64,000 bases of DNA, taken from contig CAINNF010000007.1 of NCBI GenBank assembly GCA_903851045.1, positions 11,289 to 75,288 of the forward strand, written 5' to 3'. This stretch comes from Candidatus Adlerbacteria bacterium (GTDB taxonomy: Bacteria > Patescibacteriota > Minisyncoccia > Phycocordibacterales > SBAW01). A program made the position numbers and the translations under genes. Of this stretch, positions 11,001 to 20,574 are shown piece after piece (positions within the stretch are counted from its first letter, which is position 1; the number at the start of each line of letters is the position of its first letter). The notes under the pieces were generated by a model. The model saw only the letters and a list, made by a program, of their open reading frames with translations, was not told the DNA's origin and did not search any database.

Positions 11001-11263
11001 CTGCAGCTGTCGAGAGTTCACGTCTGAATTTTGTGAACGGCGGGGCTGGGGCAGCACAATCATCGGCAAAGGGTGCCAATACATACTATAAACCAGGAGC
11101 TTCGAATCAAAACAATGCGGCAACCGCTCCACGTCCGGCTGCCGCACAACAAAATCCTGTGCCTGCTCAAGTGAAAAAAGTCGTACCATTCCCCACACCC
11201 CAAACAAAAAACAGTGAGGTGCCAGCCAACGATAATCAAACTGGCCTACAAAAAACGGGATAA
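8033..11263 (+). CDS. Extended VirB6/TrbL-like polytopic membrane protein with long Pro/Gly-rich and coiled-coil C-terminus
   Basis: GWTTVRDIANMAFIFMLIYLAI, ALLINFSFFISRLAID and RSVMLWLLIMASPLAF TM pattern; context near prgI and virB4. Confidence 0.7.
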   Translation: MYKSLLHSKILQQATKVAIGVVLAATFISPLGGLLPVAHAQKPAPLPAGTDTGDTGGAAKDATTGAGATDTGGWSNPSSGSDPSSGSALSAFDSCTNSKTLSICLSNIIYALFTFPMSMFTYITSFVFDIGVQVTLNSVTYSQDFITVGWTTVRDIANMAFIFMLIYLAIIIVTRADTANTMKMLASIIIVALLINFSFFISRLAIDGGNLLAIQFYNAINVQPLATTASQTDASTATSVAGAITPAGLASTKDLTYNIMQLIGVQTLLGSGSFALAFQKQNNFVVNLATFSFIYIIVAIILAILAFMFLATGIKFLLRSVMLWLLIMASPLAFVAAALPDSKGGKDLFKKWYTNLFEYAFFPAVFLFLYLIVNMFAAGLGQTNNSKGGLLNSAFGSLTQTASGVSVSQTMLALGEVIASISIRLGLLVLFLGLAVKLADDTMKAGGGTFQKINGWAANKVSNTAGMYGRNTFGRAGYRFANSNIGKRWASHDMVGRTLYRGADKLGRSTYDVRGVTAFSKAADAAGARVGGPDKKNFGSVVKEKVDQKVAYANSLKPNEAQMERLYTQELEKADKKDAIAAYKKWQEEEEKYKNKPGSDDKEVKRAKSKYDAEIKKLESGVKKEVKASVQDRLDRYADTIETRRIGNIGGILSSGLPGFIGAEDRVAAAKIRGRSTDAKSRLEDAVETAAKDATVTGSTSTGEGTGGTTPPATPPTTARPPTSPGGQPPAFVPPNYPPAFIPPGVRSPKAAPVPIKPLPQPPAPKNPGGSSGGGGGTPTGGGGGQQQEAAAQSGGATSTNRRSIPLAANNNTSPAAAPAVTNQSIGNPASWTHDAGSTTPVTSAANPSIVMTTTSPTVITQSTNPAAQTHLNELHNDLVTHPNTAGAHVGISADSSVQIKKVNDEILRDHVTGVEQRVLENDVEAAKTNKEVLERQVEEIKNVGQAVERVNETTQGLTTAQRAGTKEIKSSLGDIHQALRSGGRISDVTAAVESSRLNFVNGGAGAAQSSAKGANTYYKPGASNQNNAATAPRPAAAQQNPVPAQVKKVVPFPTPQTKNSEVPANDNQTGLQKTG

Positions 11264-11287
11264 CCATTAGCAACTAATAACAAGAAT

Positions 11288-11983
11288 ATGGACGACGATC
11301 TGACAAAACAAATACAGGAACGTATGGCAGAGTTGCCGCCTGATGTTCGTAATGCAATCACTTCTGCCGACTTTGGCAAGAAGGTGCAGGCGATTGGTGC
11401 CCGACATCAGCTGCATATCGACCAAATTGGACGGCTGCAGGACGAGGTGTTGTTGGTCATGCTCGCGTTCAGCGCCCCAGGCGACTTCGTACCGAATATC
11501 GTCGAACAACTGCACATACAGGAGGATATGGCGAACATCATAGCCGACGAGGTGTCGAACGACATCTTGGGGCCCATTCGAGAATCCATACGAACATTCA
11601 TGGAAGAACGAGCGGCACAGCAGATTCGCACCTCGCTCGAGCACGAGATAGTGAACAGCCAACCAATGACGGACCAACCTCAACCGGTCGTGGATACTCC
11701 TGCGAACCCTCGTCCCGAACCGGCTTTGGCACCGATACCAATCCTGCCGATACAAACCCCAGTCGCGTCGACTCCTCCGCCGCCAGTACTGACACCAAAA
11801 CCGGAATTGCGCATCGCGGACACCGTGCTGACTCAGACCACCACGACGCCACCCGTTCCACCACAAACCTCGACGACCAGTACGCCACCTCCCCCGACAC
11901 CCATGACACCGCCATCAGCAGCAGCGACATCCTCCTCTCCACGCGACTATACGACAGACCCGTACCACGAACCGATCGATTAA
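11288..11983 (+). CDS. Hypothetical protein with Pro-rich tail ending DPYHEPID
   Basis: 231-aa ORF co-oriented in the cluster. Confidence 0.75.
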   Translation: MDDDLTKQIQERMAELPPDVRNAITSADFGKKVQAIGARHQLHIDQIGRLQDEVLLVMLAFSAPGDFVPNIVEQLHIQEDMANIIADEVSNDILGPIRESIRTFMEERAAQQIRTSLEHEIVNSQPMTDQPQPVVDTPANPRPEPALAPIPILPIQTPVASTPPPPVLTPKPELRIADTVLTQTTTTPPVPPQTSTTSTPPPPTPMTPPSAAATSSSPRDYTTDPYHEPID

Positions 11984-12015
11984 TGTTGGCACAATGTGCG
12001 ATATACTAAAGGGCA

Positions 12016-12462
12016 ATGCACTATCAAGTTCCTCAATTCATCGAGATAGAAGATAAGATATTCGGGCCGCTGACGCTCAAGCAGTTCATATATCTCGCAG
12101 GTGGGGGCGGCATATGTCTCCTCTTCTATACGCTCATGCCGTTCTTGCTCATGGTCGTGTGCGCGGCACCGTTCGTTGCATTGTCGCTCGCGCTTGCGTT
12201 CTATAAAGTGAACGACCGACCGTTCATCGTGACCATCGAACATGCGTTCAAGTACTTCGTCAGCAGTAAGCTCTACCTATGGAAACAGATCCAGTCCCAA
12301 CAGCCCACGCTCGACGAGCCGGTAACCCATCTGCAGGAGGCCTCGATTATGGTACCGACCTTGTCGGAAAGCAAGCTTAAGGACCTCTCCTGGTCGCTCA
12401 ATATCAAGAACCGATCGAACATGGGCGTCATCGACCCGGAAAAGCCGCAACACGGAATATAA
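12016..12462 (+). CDS. prgI: PrgI family protein (VirB3-like)
   Basis: YQVPQFIEIEDKIFGPLTLKQF followed by two TM helices. Confidence 0.85.
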   Translation: MHYQVPQFIEIEDKIFGPLTLKQFIYLAGGGGICLLFYTLMPFLLMVVCAAPFVALSLALAFYKVNDRPFIVTIEHAFKYFVSSKLYLWKQIQSQQPTLDEPVTHLQEASIMVPTLSESKLKDLSWSLNIKNRSNMGVIDPEKPQHGI

Positions 12463-12465
12463 CGT

Positions 12466-13137
12466 ATGCCAGCAACCGCAGTAAAAGCAGAGGCCACACA
12501 ACAGTTCGTACCCATCAAAGAGGTGCGTGACGGCATCGTCATACTTAAGGACGGTTCGTTGCGTGCGATGGTCATGGCGTCGTCGATCAACCTGGCACTG
12601 AAGTCGCAAGACGAGCAGGAGGCTATCATCGGGCAGTTCCAAAATTTTCTCAACTCATTGGAGTTTACGGTGCAATTCTTCGTCGAATCGCGCGATCTCG
12701 ACATACGACCCTATATCGCGCTGCTGGAAGATCGGTATGCGGCGACCCTCGACGACCTAATGAAGATACAGATACGCGAGTACATCTCGTTCATCAAAGA
12801 CTTCACAGAGCGGGCGAACATCATGACCAAGAACTTCTTTATCGTCGTGCCATACGATCCGGCAATCCTGTCTCGTGGTGGCGGTATCACCAGCACCCTG
12901 TCCAACCTCATCCCGACCAAAGGTGGAGCGAGTTCCGGTGTGATCACCGATGAGACCTTCGAGCAGTATCGTATGCAACTCGAGCAACGCATGTCGGTCA
13001 TCGAACAGGGGCTGGTACGCACTGGTGTACGCGTCGTCTCGCTTGGCACCGAAGAAGTGATCGAGCTCTTCTATAAACTCTTCAACCCTGGCGAACTGGA
13101 GAAGCCCTTACAAGTAACCCAGGCGGGTCAAAAATAG
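12466..13137 (+). CDS. VirB4/TraC N-terminal-like protein
   Basis: SSINLALKSQDEQEAIIGQFQNFLNSL; lies between prgI and the VirB4 ATPase. Confidence 0.7.
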   Translation: MPATAVKAEATQQFVPIKEVRDGIVILKDGSLRAMVMASSINLALKSQDEQEAIIGQFQNFLNSLEFTVQFFVESRDLDIRPYIALLEDRYAATLDDLMKIQIREYISFIKDFTERANIMTKNFFIVVPYDPAILSRGGGITSTLSNLIPTKGGASSGVITDETFEQYRMQLEQRMSVIEQGLVRTGVRVVSLGTEEVIELFYKLFNPGELEKPLQVTQAGQK

Positions 13138-13138
13138 T

Positions 13139-14953
13139 ATGGCATTCCTTGATTTTTTAAAGCCGAAGGGTGACCCGAACAAGAATGCGGTCGTCTCCAT
13201 CATGCCCGAGCAGATATATCGCCAAGGCGTACTCGAGCTCCAAGACGTCATCGCCCCGTCGGCGCTCAAGATCACTCCACGCGAACTGAACCTGGGGGAC
13301 AAGATTGCGCGAACCTTCTTCGTGATGTCGTACCCGCGCACGCTCACCGACTCATGGTTCTCGCCAATCATCAATCTTGACCGCGTACTCGATATCTCCA
13401 TCTTCATACATCCAATCGAATCCGCGGAGATCCTGCGCAAGTTCCAAAAAAAGGTCGCCGAGGTGCAGTCACAGATCATGACCCGAGAGGAGAAGGGGCT
13501 CGTGCGCGACCCGGTGCTCGATACCGCATACCAAGACCTCGAAACGCTGCGCGACGAGTTGCAGCAAGCGCAAGAAAAGATTTTTGACGTTGGCGTGTAT
13601 ATCACGGTGTACGGTTCGACCACCGAGGAGCTCGACAAGATCGAATCGGACATCAAGTCGATGCTTGAGTCACGTCTCATCTACCTGAAGCCTGCGCTCT
13701 TTCAACAAGAACAGGGGTTTCGCAGCACCTTACCCCTGGGTACCGACGAACTTGGGGTGAACTCAAAGTTGAACTCGTCGCCGCTTTCCTCTATCTTTCC
13801 GTTCGTTTCCTTCGACCTCACCTCCGACAAGGGAATCCTTTATGGGGTGAACCGACACAACGCATCGCTCATTCTGTTCGACCGTTTTTCGCTCGAGAAC
13901 TACAACTCGGTCATCTTCGCGAAATCAGGCTCCGGTAAGTCCTACACCACGAAGCTCGAGATCCTACGAACACTCATGTTCGATGCGGACGTGCTCGTGA
14001 TCGACCCAGAGCGTGAGTACGAGTTCCTCTCCCAGACCGTGGGCGGGCGATACTTTAACATCAGTCTCAACTCCGAACACCACATCAACCCGTTCGACCT
14101 CCCTGTGCCGCGTGAGGACGAGAGTCCGGCCGACGTGCTCCGGTCGAACATTGTGGCACTCGTGGGACTCTTTCGCATCATGCTCAGCGGACTCTCGCCG
14201 GAAGAGGACGCTATCATCGACAAGGCGATCACCGAGACCTACGCACTTAAGGACATATCGCCGGACAGCAACTTCGCCGAGCTGGAACCGCCGCTCCTTT
14301 CGGACTTCGAACTCGTCCTCTCAGGCATGGAGGGAAGCGAGAGTTTGGTACAGCGACTGTCAAAATACACCAAGGGGACATGGTCCGGCTTCATCAACCA
14401 ACCGACGAACGTCGACCTTAACAAGAAGTTCGTGGTCTTCTCCGTTCGTGACATGGAGGACGACCTTAAATCCGTCGCCATGTACATCATCACCCACTTC
14501 ATCTGGAACGCAGTGCGAAAGAACCTCAAGAAGCGCCTCCTGGTCATCGACGAGGCGTGGTGGATGATGAAATCGGACGATACCGCCTCCTTCCTCTATG
14601 GTATGGCAAAGCGTGGACGTAAATACTACTTGGGGCTGGCGACCATCACCCAAGACGTCGATGACTTCTTGAAGTCTCCGTACGGCCTCCCGATGATCAC
14701 CAACTCATCGATTCAGATACTACTCAAACAATCGCCGACCACGATCGACAAACTACAAAAGACCTTCAACTTGTCCGACGAGGAGAAATACCTCCTGCTC
14801 GAAAGCGACGTAGGGGAGGGGATCTTCTTCGCAGGACTCAAACATGTCGCTATCAAGATCATTGCTTCGTACACCGAAGACCAGATAATCACTTCTGACC
14901 CGTCCCAAGTCCTTGCCTTACGTCGCCAACGAGCTGAGAATGGTACTGTATGA
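13139..14953 (+). CDS. virB4: VirB4/TraC-like type IV secretion ATPase
   Basis: Walker A AKSGSGKS, VIDPEREY, INPFDL, Walker B LLVIDEAW, RGRKY, ITQDVDDF. Confidence 0.9.
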   Translation: MAFLDFLKPKGDPNKNAVVSIMPEQIYRQGVLELQDVIAPSALKITPRELNLGDKIARTFFVMSYPRTLTDSWFSPIINLDRVLDISIFIHPIESAEILRKFQKKVAEVQSQIMTREEKGLVRDPVLDTAYQDLETLRDELQQAQEKIFDVGVYITVYGSTTEELDKIESDIKSMLESRLIYLKPALFQQEQGFRSTLPLGTDELGVNSKLNSSPLSSIFPFVSFDLTSDKGILYGVNRHNASLILFDRFSLENYNSVIFAKSGSGKSYTTKLEILRTLMFDADVLVIDPEREYEFLSQTVGGRYFNISLNSEHHINPFDLPVPREDESPADVLRSNIVALVGLFRIMLSGLSPEEDAIIDKAITETYALKDISPDSNFAELEPPLLSDFELVLSGMEGSESLVQRLSKYTKGTWSGFINQPTNVDLNKKFVVFSVRDMEDDLKSVAMYIITHFIWNAVRKNLKKRLLVIDEAWWMMKSDDTASFLYGMAKRGRKYYLGLATITQDVDDFLKSPYGLPMITNSSIQILLKQSPTTIDKLQKTFNLSDEEKYLLLESDVGEGIFFAGLKHVAIKIIASYTEDQIITSDPSQVLALRRQRAENGTV

Positions 14954-15684
14954 TGAAATATCTCCCGTTTATTTTCGCCGCGATTTGCATCGATGCTATG
15001 CAAATGGCACTACAGTGGGCCTTTCTTGCCTTTGGCACCGTCCTCACGTCCATCACACCGATCGGAGGCGCACTCACTGGCGCGGCCGTCGGTGCCCTTT
15101 CGTGTTGGAACTCTTCAGGGGGTGTCATTTCGGGTATTATTGATGCTGTTAAGTGTGGGGCTGCGGGGGGTACGATGGGCGCAACGCTCAGTGCTGTTGG
15201 TATACCACTCGGAGCCGGAATGGGAATGGCCGCAGACTTCTGTATCAGCGTCACCTTCGGCACAATGTTGGTGCTTGCCCTGTGGAACTTCGGTATGTTC
15301 TATCCAAAATATATCTTGAGTGGTGGATTGTTCGAAATGGTGCCGGGGTTTGACGCCCTCCCCGGCTGGACCGCGATGACCATCGCTTGCGTGTTGCGCA
15401 AAATAGCAGATGAGCGCAAGCTCGCGAGCAAAGCATCTACCGCGTTCGCCACGATCGTCGCTCCTAACACCACTGTCGGCACCGCATACCGAGGAATAAA
15501 GACCCTGCAGCGCAAGAACATCGCGACCATGCGTGATGCGGGCTTGGTAAGCGACGAGCGGATCAAAGCAGACCGTGTCCAGACCCGACAGAGACTCACA
15601 CAAGACCTCAAAGATATCGATGGGGTAAACCTCCGACCGAACACGGCGACTGGTGTCCGTGCGCGAACAACGTATGCGGTATAA
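14950..15684 (+). CDS. Gly-rich membrane protein
   Basis: Several hydrophobic segments; overlaps the virB4 stop. Confidence 0.7.
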   Translation: MMKYLPFIFAAICIDAMQMALQWAFLAFGTVLTSITPIGGALTGAAVGALSCWNSSGGVISGIIDAVKCGAAGGTMGATLSAVGIPLGAGMGMAADFCISVTFGTMLVLALWNFGMFYPKYILSGGLFEMVPGFDALPGWTAMTIACVLRKIADERKLASKASTAFATIVAPNTTVGTAYRGIKTLQRKNIATMRDAGLVSDERIKADRVQTRQRLTQDLKDIDGVNLRPNTATGVRARTTYAV

Positions 15685-16705
15685 AACTTTTTTCACCATT
15701 GGTCTCGCGGCTCTCCTGTGGACGGGCGTCGCCCATGCGCAAACATTCACCAGCGGCCCGGACCCGGTGCAGTATACGGTCGTGCCCACAACGCCGGGAC
15801 CGAACGAGCACGTCGACCTCTCCCTCCAAGGTATCGGTTCGTTCCTCGGAGACGCAACAATCACATGGAAAGAGAACGGCAAGGTGGTGAACTCCGGTGT
15901 CGGACTCACGAACCACTCGTTCACGACCGGGGGAGTGGGAACGATCACCCGGGTCAACGTCACGATCGTATCTGCCACGAACGGTACACTCTCTCACGAC
16001 TTCACCTTCACCCCGTCCGTGGTCTATCTCACGTGGGAGGCCGACACCTCTGTGCCGAACTTTTACAAAGGTAAGTCCTTATATACCTCCGGTTCACAGA
16101 TAAAAGTGGTTGCGGTGCCGTTCGTCGTGTCGGGCCATGGACTCGTTCCGGCAAGTCAATTGTCCTTTCAGTGGAGACGGAACGACGACCTGGTACCCGA
16201 GCAGTCGGGCATGGGAAAGAACGTCTTCGTATTCAACGGCAACCAATTACTCGGTGCCGAACAGGTGGCCGTCAACGTGTTCTTAGGGACCACCGAGGTC
16301 AACCACACAGAGATCTCGATACCCGCTAGCAACCCCATGGTGCTCCTGTATGACCGCGATCCGCTTCGAGGCGAACTGTTGGAGAGAGCTCTTCCATCCA
16401 GTGCAAGCTTTGGTGCGAACGAGATAACTCTTCAGGCGGAACCATACTACTTCGCACATTCGTCCGTCGTAGCTGGCGCACTCCAATATACGTGGACACT
16501 CAACGGACAAGAGACGACCGGTCCTGACAGTGCGAAGGGGGTCCTTACCCTTCGCCAAACAGGGCAGGGGACCGGCTCGGCAACGGTCGGTATCAACGTA
16601 CAGAACACGAACGACATGGACTTCTTCCAGACTGCGGACGAGTCGATCCAGATGACCTTTGGACAAACCACGAGAAACATTATTTCAACATTCCTTGGTA
16701 TATGA
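15674..16705 (+). CDS. Secreted beta-rich (Ig-like) protein
   Basis: Signal peptide ending AHA; repeated xWxxNG beta motifs. Confidence 0.7.
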   Translation: MRYKTFFTIGLAALLWTGVAHAQTFTSGPDPVQYTVVPTTPGPNEHVDLSLQGIGSFLGDATITWKENGKVVNSGVGLTNHSFTTGGVGTITRVNVTIVSATNGTLSHDFTFTPSVVYLTWEADTSVPNFYKGKSLYTSGSQIKVVAVPFVVSGHGLVPASQLSFQWRRNDDLVPEQSGMGKNVFVFNGNQLLGAEQVAVNVFLGTTEVNHTEISIPASNPMVLLYDRDPLRGELLERALPSSASFGANEITLQAEPYYFAHSSVVAGALQYTWTLNGQETTGPDSAKGVLTLRQTGQGTGSATVGINVQNTNDMDFFQTADESIQMTFGQTTRNIISTFLGI

Positions 16706-17481
16706 AAAAAACAGTACACCGTAGTGTAATTCCGTTGCTTCTTGGGTCTATACTCATCTTTTGTGGTGTACAGGTACCGCCCGTTCAGGCTGACGGCTGT
16801 TCGAGTCTCGGTTCTTTCTACACACAAAGCCCGTCGAGCGTTGCTGGTATGGTCACCTGCACTGGACCAAACGGTTCCACTGTTTTACAGCCTGCCACTG
16901 TTGCTGCGCCTCCAACGATAGATACTTCACCGGCAAACTCAACGATCGTCCCTTCCAGTGTTCCCGCTGCGGCAACGGTACCCGGATCTGGCGCAGCAGG
17001 AAGTAGCGGCGGATCAGGGGGGAGTGGCACACAATCCAGCGCATACGATGGACAAGGAAACATCACCAATTACGTTCCGCTTGAGCCTTTGCCAGGACTG
17101 GCACAATTTGAAACAGGAAATTCATCTTTTGGACAACTGTTGACCGGTCTCTTTAAGATACTCATCACTATCGGCGCGCTCATTACGGTGGGGACGTTCG
17201 TGTATGCGGGCGTCGTGTATATGACATCCGAAGTGGTCGGCAACAAGAAGAATGCTTTGAGTCGCATCCAGGCGTCGCTTCTTGGGCTCTTCGTCCTGAT
17301 AGCATCATGGTTGATACTCTCCACCATCAATACACAGCTCGTGACCTTTGGTTCTGGTTCGCTCAATCTCAACCCGGCACAGAACCTGAGTCCAGTGGTG
17401 GCACCAGTGACGACGCCGCCAGCCGCTACACCACTAGGACCCGTCCCGGAAGATTTTTATTCAATACCACCGCTGTTGTAG
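16702..17481 (+). CDS. VirB2/TrbC-like pilin-domain protein with N-terminal extension
   Basis: YVPLEPLPG followed by TM-loop-TM (FVYAGVVYMTS...ALSRIQASLLGLFVLIASWLILSTIN). Confidence 0.65.
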   Translation: MKKTVHRSVIPLLLGSILIFCGVQVPPVQADGCSSLGSFYTQSPSSVAGMVTCTGPNGSTVLQPATVAAPPTIDTSPANSTIVPSSVPAAATVPGSGAAGSSGGSGGSGTQSSAYDGQGNITNYVPLEPLPGLAQFETGNSSFGQLLTGLFKILITIGALITVGTFVYAGVVYMTSEVVGNKKNALSRIQASLLGLFVLIASWLILSTINTQLVTFGSGSLNLNPAQNLSPVVAPVTTPPAATPLGPVPEDFYSIPPLL

Positions 17482-17520
17482 CAGCTTATACTCAACCCAG
17501 AGGATACGCGCATAGATATT

Positions 17521-18768
17521 ATGGAAACAACAAAGAAAGTCTTTATAGGAGCAGGAATAGTTGCGGCAATAGTGCTTGTCGTGTGTGCGGCATGGTTCTT
17601 GTTCAATCGTTCGACACCGACAGCTACTACCCCTGGGACAACCATCAAAAATACACAGTCATTCACCACATCGAACACCGCGACGCAGGAAACACCGCTC
17701 ACCGCCGACGGGCAACAGATAGACACTTCCGGCACCACTGCTCCCGAACAGAAGATATTCAAGATTGCGGACGGACCGGTGATGGGAGCGCTGTTCATAC
17801 AGACATCGAACCCAACGACGACACTCGCTCGTTACACGATGCAAGACAACGGTCACGTGTTCGATATGCCGGTCAACGTTCCCGGTGCCATTGCCCGCGT
17901 GGTGTCGAACATCACCATACCGGGGCTACGAACAGAGTTGTGGCTTGGCCCGGGGAAGGGGACGATACTCCAGTATGTCGAGGGTTCAGTGATAAAAACA
18001 CTGTACCTTGGGTTTCCTGTGGCTTCGACCACAGCAGCGACCTCTTCGCCCCCGGTCATTCGGTTCTTCCCCGACAATATCACTGGCATCGCTGCATCAC
18101 CCGACGGGACACTGGTTACCTACCTTTTGAAGACTACGAGCGGCACCGTCGGATATATCGCGGGAAGTAATACCACCAATCCAAAGATACTGTTCACACT
18201 ACCGTTCTCTCAACTTCTCATCTCATGGTCGTCGACGCACACCTTGTTGGTCCAAATGAAGGAAGCGACGGGGGTGCCGGGAATGGCGTTCTCGTTGTCA
18301 TATACGGGCGAACTATCCCCACTTTTATATGCAGACAGCCTATCTGCCACAGCGAACGCCAACTTTTCAAAGGTGGTGTACCAAAGTACGTCCGAAACAA
18401 CCTCACAGCGAACCACCTACGTACACGACGTGCAAAGCGGCCATGACACGAAGATCCTTTTTAATCCACTTCCAGAAAAGTGCGTGTGGGGTAACACGAA
18501 CTTCAATCTTATGTATTGCGCCGCGCCACTATCTCCGACACCGTCCAACTACCTTGACCTGTGGCACCTCGGTGCAACGAACGTAGCTGACGATATCTTT
18601 TCGTTCGACGTCGCCGCTGGCATCACCTCCATGCTCGCGAGTCCTGGGAGTCCGCAAGGGGGTACACAATCTGAGATAGACCAGATCGCTGTGTCTCCGG
18701 ACGGGCAATATCTACTCTATATCACAAGAGGGGATAGGACGTTGTGGGGTGTCCACATCGGCCGCTGA
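17521..18768 (+). CDS. Membrane-anchored beta-propeller-like protein
   Basis: N-terminal TM helix; SPDG motifs (ASPDGT, VSPDGQ). Confidence 0.7.
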   Translation: METTKKVFIGAGIVAAIVLVVCAAWFLFNRSTPTATTPGTTIKNTQSFTTSNTATQETPLTADGQQIDTSGTTAPEQKIFKIADGPVMGALFIQTSNPTTTLARYTMQDNGHVFDMPVNVPGAIARVVSNITIPGLRTELWLGPGKGTILQYVEGSVIKTLYLGFPVASTTAATSSPPVIRFFPDNITGIAASPDGTLVTYLLKTTSGTVGYIAGSNTTNPKILFTLPFSQLLISWSSTHTLLVQMKEATGVPGMAFSLSYTGELSPLLYADSLSATANANFSKVVYQSTSETTSQRTTYVHDVQSGHDTKILFNPLPEKCVWGNTNFNLMYCAAPLSPTPSNYLDLWHLGATNVADDIFSFDVAAGITSMLASPGSPQGGTQSEIDQIAVSPDGQYLLYITRGDRTLWGVHIGR

Positions 18769-18770
18769 TA

Positions 18771-19217
18771 TTACTTATACTTGAGGACGATGTGGCGAAA
18801 CTTGCCTTCGCCCTCCGAAACGGTTTGGATCTGTGGATCTTCTGAGAAGAGTTCATGTATAACGAGGCGCTCGTATGGACTCATAGGGTCCATCTCGACG
18901 TCGTGACGGAAGAGTCGTGCGCGTTGCGCCAACATGCGAGCGTTTTGGCGAACCTTTTCCATACGCTCTTCGTGGTAGCCGTTCACATCGATAAGAAAAT
19001 TCGCCGCGTCTTCTCCGTGCTGATGCTCCACAAGTCGTCGCATGACGGTGTTCAGTGAACGAAGGTGCTCCCCGTTAGGTCCGATAAGGACCTTCGAGTG
19101 TGGCGTCTTCACGATAACGAGCGTACGGTGGCCAGTAGATACTGACACATCCTCGACCTCAACTCCTAACAGTTCTAAAAATCGCTCTACCGTCGTTTTA
19201 AGAAGTTGGGGCTCCAT
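18771..19217 (-). CDS. Jag/KhpB-like KH + R3H RNA-binding protein
   Basis: LIGPNGEHLRSL, IDVNGY, MSPYERLVIH; located downstream of yidC. Confidence 0.9.
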   Translation of the reverse strand: MEPQLLKTTVERFLELLGVEVEDVSVSTGHRTLVIVKTPHSKVLIGPNGEHLRSLNTVMRRLVEHQHGEDAANFLIDVNGYHEERMEKVRQNARMLAQRARLFRHDVEMDPMSPYERLVIHELFSEDPQIQTVSEGEGKFRHIVLKYK

Positions 19218-19274
19218 ACCCCAAAGATACTGCAAACAGCGCATGCTGCCAACTTGCCAGCCTATATTTTAATT

Positions 19275-19994
19275 TTATGCTTTTAATTTCAACTGTTCAC
19301 GAATAACGAGTTCTTGCACCAAGGAGACGAGGTTCGTTGTGGCGAAGTAAAGTCCGACCGCAGCAGGGAGCGAGTAACTGATGACCGCCATCATCACCGG
19401 GAAAAAGTACAACATAAGCTGTTGTTGGGTCTTTTGAGCCATTTCTTTTTCGGCACTGAGCTTGCTCGATCCTTTCTTGGTTCGTGCGACCGAGAACCAC
19501 ATAACGCCGTATTGGAGTCCGGCCACGAGAGCGGTAAGAAGTATGTTGTGCGCTGACCCAAGCTGTATCACCCACAGAAAGTCCATATTGACCATGTGCG
19601 GTACCGACACGAACGGATAGAGCAGATTCGTCGCTATCTTAGGCAATCCTTCCCTAAAAAAAGCGGCATAGAGCGCAAACAAGATTGGAAGTTGAATAAG
19701 GAGTGCTAAGAATGAACTGAAGGGGCGTATATTATTCTTCTTCAGGAGCTCCATGGTGCGTTTTCCGCGCTCCGAAGCGTCGTCCTTATAGGTCGTATTG
19801 ATCTCATCGATCTCACTCTGTACGGCCTGCATACCCATCTGTGTGCGAATGGATGCGGTAAACGCGGGGTAAAAGACAATGCGTACCAACAAGGTCAATG
19901 CGATAATGGCGAACCCCACATCTCCCTGCGGCATGAGACCGATGAGGTAGATGAAGATGTTATAGATCGGTTGTACCAGGTACGTCGTGAACAT
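19275..19994 (-). CDS. yidC: Membrane protein insertase YidC/Oxa1
   Basis: GFAIIALTLLVR, LIQLPILFALY, LPAAVGLYFATTN; synteny with rnpA and rpmH. Confidence 0.93.
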   Translation of the reverse strand: MFTTYLVQPIYNIFIYLIGLMPQGDVGFAIIALTLLVRIVFYPAFTASIRTQMGMQAVQSEIDEINTTYKDDASERGKRTMELLKKNNIRPFSSFLALLIQLPILFALYAAFFREGLPKIATNLLYPFVSVPHMVNMDFLWVIQLGSAHNILLTALVAGLQYGVMWFSVARTKKGSSKLSAEKEMAQKTQQQLMLYFFPVMMAVISYSLPAAVGLYFATTNLVSLVQELVIREQLKLKA

Positions 19995-19997
19995 ACT

Positions 19998-20336
19998 TTA
20001 TAGCATAGCGTTTTTAAACAATACTGCCACCTCGCTGTTGAATGCTTTTGAGAGTTCCTGTGGGGGGATCTTCTGGACGAACAGCACCGCGTGTCCGTGT
20101 CCTGAAAATCCTGCCTGCTGGTAGAGGACGGAGTCGAGCGCGCGATATACCGCTCGGCGCAGGCGATTTCGCTCTACCGCCTTTCGTGCGACCGATTTCG
20201 ACACCACCGCCGACGTCTTGAGGGGGTGTGTGGTTGATACAAATTTCATCGACAGATAGGTACCGCGGCGCGAACGACCCGCACGCAACACCTGCGCTAC
20301 TTCTGGCGTCGTGAGCCGTCTGCGCTTAGGGAGCAT
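19998..20336 (-). CDS. rnpA: Ribonuclease P protein component
   Basis: MLPKRRRL and the RNR motif KAVERNRLRR. Confidence 0.92.
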   Translation of the reverse strand: MLPKRRRLTTPEVAQVLRAGRSRRGTYLSMKFVSTTHPLKTSAVVSKSVARKAVERNRLRRAVYRALDSVLYQQAGFSGHGHAVLFVQKIPPQELSKAFNSEVAVLFKNAML

Positions 20337-20347
20337 GCGGCGGCAGA

Positions 20348-20482
20348 TTATGCCGAGAGGCGAGTGCGGCCTTTTTGCCGTCGGCGAGCGACCACCTTTT
20401 TACCACCCGGGCTTTTGGTTCGGTTAAGAAAACCGTGCGCGCGTGCGCGCTTTCGCTTCTTTGGCTTGAATGTGACTGACAT
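20348..20482 (-). CDS. rpmH: 50S ribosomal protein L34
   Basis: Hand translation [44 protein letters not shown]; below the ORF-track size cutoff. Confidence 0.95.
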   Translation of the reverse strand: MSVTFKPKKRKRARAHGFLNRTKSPGGKKVVARRRQKGRTRLSA

Positions 20483-20574
20483 GCGCACACTATACCCGAG
20501 CTTTATATAAAAGTAAATCAGTGGTGTTTTTGACGCTCAGCGTGCATTCGCGTATTCTATACACCACGCGACTC

